A DNA stretch of 64,000 bases from Octopus bimaculoides. Lineage: Eukaryota. The number at the start of each line of letters is the position of its first letter. Within the stretch, counting starts at the first letter, position 1. Of the stretch, positions 53,864 to 64,000 are shown piece after piece. The stretch is from assembly GCF_001194135.2 (NCBI RefSeq), contig NC_068982.1, positions 23,943,060-24,007,059 of the forward strand, given 5' to 3'. Made by a program: the position numbers and the translations under genes. The notes under the pieces are model-generated. The model made no database searches, was not told the DNA's origin, and saw only the letters and a list, made by a program, of their open reading frames with translations.

Positions 53864-55244
53864 GTCTGTGTGTGCCTGTGTGTGTGTGTGATTAAAATTT
53901 ATATTAAACACAAGACATAGTGAATATGTCTACCTGCTGTAAATAGCAGTCACAACTATTATTTAAACCGCCGGAAAAATAACACTGATAATAAGTACAG
54001 AAATCAACCGTCCACGAATAACCGGGCCATGAAAATCATTCAACATACCTATATACCATCCGGCTATATTTTTCTAGTATTTGGAATCACGTGGACCGGT
54101 TTCTAGACTGGTATTATAGCCTCACCTTCACAACCTGTCACGTTGAAGTCTGCGATGCACGGATTTGTTTTGCGCCAAGTCATAGCAGTCTCAGTGCAAA
54201 ACTAATTCCAATAATGAGCAAATAATTCAGGAGTGAATATTTGCAAAGATGTTACTGACTCTATTATTATCTAGGGTCATATAAGTAAATTGATAATAAC
54301 AGAATTAATTACCTAAGCAATTGTAGGCCCCAAATAAGCATTAAATAGCTGAAGGATAACTATTTATATTAATCAAAGTACATACAGAGTATGTCTTCCT
54401 GCTGGAAATAACTTTTTATTTTAACTTATATAGGCCACCTGCTCAGGGCATTAAGATCGCCCGAAAACACTAGGAACGCTATCAAAACCTACCTAGATAA
54501 CATCTCCAGTGTGTGAAATTATTAGTGGCTCATAATTATAAATTGTATATATTAAAAAAATATTTATCTCTAACTGGATGAAAAACGTAAAAGTAAACTA
54601 CACACACTCACACACATACAGAACAACAGCAAAACATAAGCTACAACATATACACTACACGAACACTACAACACAGAAACGCATGCACACAAAACATATG
54701 CGAACATGCGTTAACGAAACTATAATATGGTTGAAAAAGAAAGTATGAGTAGAAATTAAATAGGAACACAATGAAAGATACCTCTTTCATAGTATAAATA
54801 TTTCAACCCTCGTAAACGTCGAGGCAATATACATCAGTCCATGCATCCGTCGGAATACATTATTATACTGTAACTTAGTATGAAGTATGTTTTTCGATAG
54901 TACCATCCGTGCGACGTAACCATTGCAAAAGTGAATGCGTATTCATAAATTTCGTCAACGGAATCGCAACGTATCTGTAATACTTTGTTTTCGTAATTCT
55001 CAAAATAATTAATCAAAATGAGTGGATAAAATACACTTAAAATACGTTTGTAATAAACATTGAAAACTCTCAAAATCAATATTTTTACTAAAGCTTCAAT
55101 CAAAATCAATAATCACCTTTATATCGAATTGTATCGGGATGGTATTTACAAAACTACATGAAGGAAATGGTAAATAGAATATAAAAAATTCAGGCATTTA
55201 TATAATCTGATATTGCTTATGCAGCACAAAGATGCAGTTTTTAC

Positions 55245-55299
<55 letters not shown>

Positions 55300-55305
55300 C
55301 ATACA

Positions 55306-55339
<34 letters not shown>

Positions 55340-55396
55340 CATACATATATACTTACATACACACGTTCATATATACACACACATATATATTACACG

Positions 55397-55490
55397 GGAT
55401 CGATTTCTTCGACTATTGGTAGTGTTCGAATATGGCCGCAGTCAAATGATTGAAACTAGTAAAAGAATAAAGGGATAAAAGAATATAAAA
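55397..55490 (+). mobile_element. SINE family C, 3' tail
   Basis: GGGATCGATTTCTTCGACTA..ATGGCCGCAGTCAAATGATTGAAACTAGTAAAAGAATAAAG. Confidence 0.72.
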
Positions 55491-56941
55491 GTATATATAG
55501 ACATGAACAAAATGAATGTTGTATAACGTGTTATGTGTTGAAGTAGATGTAGTGAATATTAGAACCCGGAAAATGAAACAATACATTAAAAATACATTTT
55601 ATTAAAACAGAACTTTCATATAAATTGCTTCCTCTGTGTATTCAGTGCTATAACTACAATATGTGTTATGGACATTACTCGGAGCTCCTCACTTCCGAAT
55701 TAGAAGGAACATAGCTAAATTTGAGAACATTGAATACATTGATCGCAATAAATATACTTGTAATGAGAAATGGGAGATTTACGACACGTCAAATGGTCAC
55801 TCGTTCAATAACCGAACATCATTTACAAAGCAGTTAAATATCGTTATTGTTTAGGACAAATGCCTGTAGCATGCGAAAGTGAACGTCAGAATTATTGCTG
55901 TTCTTTGTTATCAAGGTGTGGTATTTGGTAGTTGAACAGAAAGTGGAGAAAAGCTATTATTAACTGATAGGTTCAGCGGTAACTTCGGTAGATATGCAGG
56001 AATGTATCGCAATAATTCGTAGAAATTATAGATAAATTTCGTATGCATTGTATTATATGACAATGACAGAACTCTGAGAAGAATGCAAAACTTATAATTT
56101 CTGAAGACAAAGTACTTCGTTCTTTCATGTGTAGCAATTATGTGTGAAAATACTGGATAAGAACAAAGTAAAATACAACGCGTTTACTTCTAATACAGAC
56201 ATAGCAAACAGTTTTTCTTTGGGAAGAAAAAGGTGGATATTATATGCCACATATAAATAGTCACAAAGAAAATTAAACGTGTGCAGGTACTATAAGCTAC
56301 TCAGCACTGATTAGTAGGTTTTAATGGAATAGTATATAGAGAATTAGAAAGTAAAACTGAATAACTTCAAAGTAATACCTTGAGACATTCGTTCAGCCGA
56401 TTTGCGAGCCGCAATAACAAACACACTCAAAATAAAAGGAATTAGATTTTAAAGTAGAAAAAGGCAATCTATAGCAACCATATAAACCTAGATAGTATTG
56501 TCACACATATCATTTTGATGAGCCACTTAGGAGTCACCTTTTTATGACCAGTACATATTCGAAGTATATGCCCCAAAATATAAGCGGAAGAGAATAAGTA
56601 CATCATTGTTCAGAAAAGAATCAAATGACCCTGAGTTACGTAAAGTCATTAAATGAGCAAAATATAATCATTTATCATTTTAAAATAAATTTCTGGCATT
56701 TTAAACTTATGGAAAACATTCTCCTGTTGTATCGTGTACTATGCAAAGCTTCACATAATTCAACGGCATCTCACACACTAGTTAGGACGTAATGGGATTT
56801 GAAATAATTAGAGACGCTGTTTACATTGGCCGTTTTCCGTGTTCAACATTGCAAAAATTAGAATATGTAATTTTCTTATTAATCAAAGACACACAGACAT
56901 GCACACATACACGCGCGCGGGCACACATGCACACATACACT

Positions 56942-56992
<51 letters not shown>

Positions 56993-58771
56993 ATATATAT
57001 ATATACAGACTGACGTACGCACGTACAAGTATGAACGTGTGTGTTAGAGAATTAGAGAGAGAGAAAAGTAGGGAGAAGGGAAAAGTACACAGTACTAGAC
57101 TAACAGAGTTGAAGGAAAGTTAAACAGCCGATTCATATACTACATTCTGAAAAAGATAAAGGGATTTTATGAGTAAACGAAGTCCTTGTGGGGTTCCGTT
57201 AAAATTTAGCTGTAGTATAATTAGGTGGAATACTTTCTAGCAGTTTTAAGTTTTATCAGTAATAGTATGATTGTGTGGGCACGTATGCGAGAGCGTTTCT
57301 TTCGAAATATTCGAGATAAAGGCGTATAATATATGAGGATATATGCCAATTCCCCTGAATAGTATTGTTTATTATACAGCAACAGAATGCTAAACATTAT
57401 CTCATGAATTTAGTGCACAATCTATCTATTGCTTGCACCTGCGTCATGACAAACACACGAAGAAAGCTTGTTAGTGCCATCTGGATATAATGACATACTG
57501 AATGCATCGACCTTTAGCTAAGTCAACTACCTTCAGATACCTGTCTACTTGAGTTTTCCTGTCATTAGTGCTGCTTCTTTTCTTCAGGCTGTGGTCAAAA
57601 TTCATTACATCTGATTCGATTCCATATTTATAAGAATTTCAGGTCAATGAAGACTAATGCATTTATTATGCATCTTCCCTTATACAAGTTAAACTTCTTT
57701 AGCCAGTCTTCTTGGTGATTTTTCGGGGATGGAGGCACAACATTCCTCTTCAGCTGTTCTGATTTTTAGTGTATTTTGTGTATATATGAAGTAGATTTGC
57801 GTTTGCAAATGTATATGAAGTAATACATGTTGAAATTATATGAACACTTACCGCGTGTTCAGGAGTGAATGAATTTTAGCGATCGAAGTTACTTATATGC
57901 TCATATGCGTTTGTATATATTTGTTGAGTAACATATGAATTCATAGTATTGAGTGACTATCACAGAAAGGTCCTCCGGCGTACTCGAATAACAGACCACA
58001 TATTAAACTAATACAAACGAGCACAAAGCAGAGTTTTATGCAGATGAAATCCAGGAGATCCTTCAATGAAATTATGTTATAAGAATTATATAAACCATAG
58101 AAGCCATGATGATTAGAGATGAATATATTTAACCGCTAGTCATCCTTATGATTACGGCAGTTCGCAGCCTTGTTCGGGTAATCATTATTTCTGTACATGA
58201 TTAATTATGTTTAAATGTCTGCACTAACATGCATGCAACACATTATACAATACAAATGTATCAATGTAGATAAAGAACGTAAGCTCACCAGATCAACAGA
58301 ATATCAAAGTTACACCAACAATTCACTCTAAGTACACATGCAAGTGTATCTTCCCTTTTTACATACAGTGTATAGAAGGCTGGGAGTAGATAAACTTAGC
58401 TAGCAATGGTCAGTGAAGAAATAAAAATATGTTGCTTCATATCAAAGTAGTAGATCTCATTTCAGGGAATTAGCTATCCTAAATATTAACACAGAACACG
58501 GGGAGAAAGAGTAAGGTAAATTATATTAAATATAAACAAAAGTACATAGTCTTCAAAATTATATAAGTATATATACAAAATTTAACAACAAAAAAATCAA
58601 CCGGAAAGACAATGCTGGAGATATAAACATTATGCTAATTGATAGTAATGAACAACAATAAATTCCAAATAAGACGATCATGCTAATTCATGATTGAACT
58701 GAATTAGATTAAATTAATTAATTATATATATATATATATATGTACTCTTCAGAGCAGGAAGTATAAACAAA

Positions 58772-58892
58772 ATACTTATTTTATCGTGTACCGAAAAGAT
58801 AAAGGAGGCCTTGGCGGAATTTGAACTCAGAGACCCACATCAATGCTGTGAAGCTTTCACGCTGCCTGTTAACGACTCTGCCTGCTTGACAT
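58772..58892 (-). mobile_element. SINE family A, partial
   Basis: TACTTATTTTATCG..GCGGAATTTGAACTCAGA..GTTAACGACTCTGCC are reverse complements of family A motifs. Confidence 0.65.
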
Positions 58893-61442
58893 CTTATTGA
58901 ATAAGAAATAATATTACTTGAGAGTTGTTTTACGTACTTTTGGCATATTTAGCTTACGAAACTTTTTTTTTTTTTTTTTCATTTTCAATATTTTTTTGAA
59001 AAGATTAGCTTCACGACACTCGCCTTGATGAGGTCTATCATATGAGCTAAAGAAAAACACATTTTTTGAAAAAAACAAAATGGAGTNNNNNNNNNNNNNN
59101 NNNNNNNNNNNNNNNNNNNNNNNNNNNNNNNNNNNNNNNNNNNNNNNNNNNNNNNNNNNNNNNNNNNNNNNNNNNNNNNNNNNNNNNNNNNNNNNNNNNN
59201 NNNNNNNNNNNNNNNNNNNNNNNNNNNNNNNNNNNNNNNNNNNNNNNNNNNNNNNNNNNNNNNNNNNNNNNNNNNNNNNNNNNNNNNNNNNNNNNNNNNN
59301 NNNNNNNNNNNNNNNNNNNNNNNNNNNNNNNNNNNNNNNNNNNNNNNNNNNNNNNNNNNNNNNNNNNNNNNNNNNNNNNNNNNNNNNNNNNNNNNNNNNN
59401 NNNNNNNNNNNNNNNNNNNNNNNNNNNNNNNNNNNNNNNNNNNNNNNNNNNNNNNNNNNNNNNNNNNNNNNNNNNNNNNNNNNNNNNNNNNNNNNNNNNN
59501 NNNNNNNNNNNNNNNNNNNNNNNNNNNNNNNNNNNNNNNNNNNNNNNNNNNNNNNNNNNNNNNNNNNNNNNNNNNNNNNNNNNNNNNNNNNNNNNNNNNN
59601 NNNNNNNNNNNNNNNNNNNNNNNNNNNNNNNNNNNNNNNNNNNNNNNNNNNNNNNNNNNNNNNNNNNNNNNNNNNNNNNNNNNNNNNNNNNNNNNNNNNN
59701 NNNNNNNNNNNNNNNNNNNNNNNNNNNNNNNNNNNNNNNNNNNNNNNNNNNNNNNNNNNNNNNNNNNNNNNNNNNNNNNNNNTATATGGGAGAATATACA
59801 AATAATAACAACATACGAGGACAGGTGGTGTAAATAACAAAAGTATATATTAGTATGACGCTCGGGAATACGGAAAGTCTTTGACGTTTCGAGCTACGCT
59901 CTTCAACAGAAAGAATACGGAGACAAGGAGAAAAACACGGAGAAAAAAACTGTATAAGCGTGTATTCATGTGTCTGTGTGTGTGAGTGTGAATGTGTGTG
60001 CGGTTGTGTGTGGTGTGTGTGCGTGTGTGTGTGTTTGCACGTGTCTTTGTGCGCCAGTGTACGTAAGCCTTCAACTGACTATCAGAAAATGTTGATATTA
60101 GGTAATCGCAATGCAACTGTGCCAAATTTATCGAGAGAAGCGGGACTGCAAAACTTTTTGACACAGTAATGGATGAGCGAGATTTGTACTGAGACAATTA
60201 TAAATCGAGGAAAATGGAGAGAAATCGAAGGAGAAAGTCAAAGAGAACGAAAGAGATAAAGCGAAATAGAGTGAGGTGGTAGGGTTAATTATGCTACAAT
60301 AATTTGTAAGGTATTATTGTTATTTGAAAATTCATTTCATTCGCTGGGACTGACCTGAATGGCAAGTACATGTGAATGTATAGTGGAAAGGAAATTACTT
60401 TTAATGTAGACTCATGGAATGATAATTTGGCTACTTTCACAGAAACTATGAGTTCATAATCTAGAAATCTAAAAAAAAGAAGTTGTGAGTTGTTGATATT
60501 TCTAAAGAAAATACAGATTTCTCACCTCGATAAAATATATTGCAACTCTTCAATTCAAATCACAGTAAAACTTTTCCGGCTACGTATAATTATGCTACTT
60601 GTATAACATTTTATATATTTCCGAACTGCTAAAGTGATTTTGTTTTTTGTTTTCTCAGTCCACCTAACGCCCACCATATAAGATTAAAATTATATACGAA
60701 GTTTTCCTTTCTGTTCTAATTTTATACTTTTGTATTTCTTCCTCCGTTTCCTCTCTTTAATATATATAGTGCTGATAGTTTCTCCACACTGTCTTTTCTG
60801 AAATACAGTAAGAATTAAGAGAAGAATGCTGAAAAACGGTTACAATGGCAATTATAAATCGGTTAAACGTACGAATCCAAAAGAAACATATAGATTCTAT
60901 AAAAATAGTCTTAAGTTCTCGTAGTTATTAGCTACACGTTACAGAGGGAAACAGAAAAGAATATATGACGTGTGAAAATCAATATACATATATACATATA
61001 TACATACATATACACACATACACACGCACATATATATTATATATATCTATATATATATATAAAACAATACCTAGGAGAAAACACATAAGTCACGCACAAA
61101 CACAGGTACACATAGACACTGACACTCTCATAGACACACGAACATATACATTTACTCGCACGTGTACACTTTATTATGGGTGGAAGTTTTCGAAATGAGT
61201 TCCTGCAAATTGAACAGTATCTATGCTTGGAGAAATCTATTTGAAGTAGCATAGGAATGTACGGATGCAACTCATAACAATCGATACTGTAACCAAAAAA
61301 AAAAACAAGTAGCACTATGCACTGTCAATGAAATTACCACACGATGCATATATTTCCAACTATGTATTGGTTTAGTAGTACACTTTTATGGGAACTACAA
61401 CTGCAAATTTTCTTGTATAAAATTCCTAAACAGATATTCACT

Positions 61443-61476
<34 letters not shown>

Positions 61477-61481
61477 CACAT

Positions 61482-61535
<54 letters not shown>

Positions 61536-61581
61536 GCACCCACACACACTTATATGTGAATATATATATATATGGATTTAT

Positions 61582-62132
61582 AATTCAAAAAGTTCGTTAT
61601 AGGTAAAAAGATACCGTAAACAATTATGAAAATGGAGAAAAGATGTTAAAAATCGAAATTGGATTTAATACATACGAACGTTTCAAAAGACAAAACACAT
61701 ATGAAATAAAAGATTATAATAATAATCATTATAATTAAAGATATGTATTGTCATTCTCATCAGTGTGAAGATTTTAAGGGAGAACTTCAAAACGTTAATA
61801 ATGAAAATTAATAAGGAAAAACAAATGGAGAAATACGGAAAATTCAACCGGATATTTACAAATAAGTTGTAAAAGGAAAAAAAATATCAGAGAAACGAAA
61901 AAGAAAGACATATCAATCTATATGCATGTTTATCTGTGCAAAGAAATCTATAACTGAATATGTCTAACGGATATTTTGTTTTTTAAATATTATTATAATT
62001 TTTCCTTACATATTCGTATTGTTTTTTGAAAGGTTCGTATGTATTAAATCAAATTTTGATTTTTTTAACATCTTTTCTCCATTTTTGTACTTATTTATGT
62101 TATCTTTATACCAATAACGAACTTTTTCAATT
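61582..62132. mobile_element. Foldback/MITE-like element with approximately 145-bp imperfect TIRs (61582-61726 and 61988-62132)
   Basis: AAAAAGTTCGTTATAGGTAAAAAGATA..AAAATGGAGAAAAGATGTTAAAAA..GATTTAATACATACGAAC.TTTCAAAA..ATTATAATAATA is mirrored as a reverse complement about 260 bp downstream. Confidence 0.8.
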
Positions 62133-62329
62133 GTTATTTTCATATTATTATTACTTGCTCTGGCTGATTTTATGAATATGATGTATTTTTATCGGAAATT
62201 ACTTTCTCTGTTTTTGGACTCCCTAAAAAGTTTGAATTGTTCTATCTGAACATACATTTTTTTCACAATTTTTTCTGGGCAGCCTATTTTACTTAGGATT
62301 AGCCACAGCGCATTTCGATTAATAATTAC

Positions 62330-64000
62330 GAATCTCTTGGTGAAATCAAGAAAGCAATGGTATTGTGTAAGATTCTATCAAATGCAATTTATCCTGAAAT
62401 TGCCTGATACTAAAGATACAATCAACTGTGCGAAAAACACATTGAGACTCAGACATTATATTTGGAACTATGAAGGTATTTAAACGTTATAACAGAATGC
62501 GGGCAAGTACCTTTTCAATTACAGACGGGAAGCAAAATCCTACGAAAATTACCACATAGATCATTTGGCTGATTTATATAAGGAAACTAAAATGATATCA
62601 ATTCAGTCTTGAGACACTTTCTTAGTTCTCGAACAGTGACAAATTAATATGTTAAAGAGATCAAGCATTTTCTCATCCCCATATTTCAAGACCCCTGCAC
62701 AGATTCCAACAAAACCTGGAGACTTATTGTTATTCAACATATTCACAGCTAAATAAATATCATTTAGTGTTGGCTGTAATGCCATCTCCTCTATTACTGG
62801 AAGCTGTTTGATTTTTCCTATCATCCTCATTTCAACGGATGATGGTCTATTGAAAAGTACAGAAAAATGTTCTACCTAGCGCTTATGAATAGAAGCAGTA
62901 TCAGTCAAAAGCAAATGGTCTTTTGCTGTTCTCACAGGAGCTATTGAATAAGACTTTGGGCCATATACCTCCTTAACATAAGAGTACAAACACACGGCGT
63001 CATTTCTGTGAGCTACCTCTTGCGCCCCTTTTGCTCTGTCATTCCACCATTTCTATTTAATTTTCCTTAGAACTGTCTGTACTTTCTCTTTCAGCTTACT
63101 GTAAGCTTCGTTTCAGTCGTAGTTCCAGGTTTGAGAAAGAAGTGTATTGACTAAATTTTGTTTTTTCTAAAATTAGATCATGAATTTCTGGTGATTTGTC
63201 TGAAAACTAGTCACTGGACGTACGCGATTTGAATACCACTGCAGAACATGCTATCTGAAAAGTTTTTGTTTTGAAATATTCCCATATATTGTTTGGATCA
63301 AAATTGATATTTTCTATAGCATTGTGGAATCTTTGCAAGTTGCTTGCTAATTTGAAGTTTTCAACATTTAACTTTTTCGGTAACTTAGGACCAAAATGTC
63401 GACTTTTAGGCTTTATCAAAACATTCCTTTTTCCACTAAATAGACGATGGTCAGTTAAGCTCTCTGCTCTTCTCATTGCCCGAAGACTCGAAACATCTTT
63501 CATATCACGCTTTCTGATCAAAATCTAATCTATGAGATGCTAGTCGTTAGATCTTGGGTGAATGCAAGTGGTTTTATATTTATTTATTTTTTTTTGTTGC
63601 TTAAACAGAGTGCTGGTAGTAACCACATCATTCTTAGTACAAAGCGTCAAAAGAGCTACGCCATTTTTATTACATTTTCCAATCCCGAAACATGGCCTAA
63701 AACAGGCCATGAAAGATAGCCATTTCATCTTGCGTTGAAATTTCCCAATATGACCAGCTTTTCAGAATTTGGTACTTTCCTCAATAATTGTTCTAGATCA
63801 TCATAATACTGTCCCATAGTTTCATCAGACTGAGACATTGCTGGTGCATAAATACTCACAACGATAGTAGTTCTTTCAAATGAACACTTGGAAATTATGC
63901 AATGGAAGATACTAATGAATTCTTGAGAGCAAACCCAACACCAGATTCTCTACGCTGACTCTCTGGTAGGCCTCTACAGAAGATAGTATATTCCTAAGTA
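62330..64000 (-). mobile_element. RTE-clade LINE relic (APE endonuclease to start of RT); continues beyond the window end
   Basis: Minus strand: GIGKCNKNGVALLTLCTKN, KTTCIHPRSND, LRAMRRAESLTDHRL, QPTLNDIYLAVNMLNNNKSPG, KKVSQD and FLDFTKRF (about 62340; compare FIDLTKAFD). Many stops. Confidence 0.88.

Noticed and set aside
57620-57760. Minus-frame LVFIDLK, resembling the RT motif FIDLKKAFD
   Set aside because: A single short motif with no collinear neighbours.
58914-59840. ORFs of 241-308 aa
   Set aside because: They span the N-gap 59087-59782 and are almost entirely X. The same applies to ORFs crossing the other gaps.

Overview
AT-rich animal genomic DNA from a short-read scaffold, with 14 N-gaps, most of them abutting microsatellites. 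The SINE families and dense (TA)n/(CA)n/(GATA)n/trinucleotide arrays point to a cephalopod, probably Octopus (inferred from recognised repeats, not a database search). I found no convincing host exon, and almost all long ORFs in the track are microsatellite or gap artefacts. The window is intronic or intergenic and full of decayed mobile elements. These include two mariner relics, a Chapaev3/CMC-like transposase, two RTE-clade LINE relics, a Helitron Pif1 fragment, a DUF4817-type Tc1/mariner N-terminus, a probable Penelope GIY-YIG fragment and about 17 SINE copies from three families. The most unusual structure is a roughly 615-bp spacerless diverged palindrome (9376-9990) between two (TA)n arrays, in which each arm carries a hammerhead-ribozyme-like motif; further hammerhead-like motifs occur elsewhere in the window. 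Also notable are a 7SL/Alu-domain-like fragment (20835-20897), a TRIM-like direct-repeat unit in (TA)n (24080-24569) and a long-TIR foldback (61582-62132).
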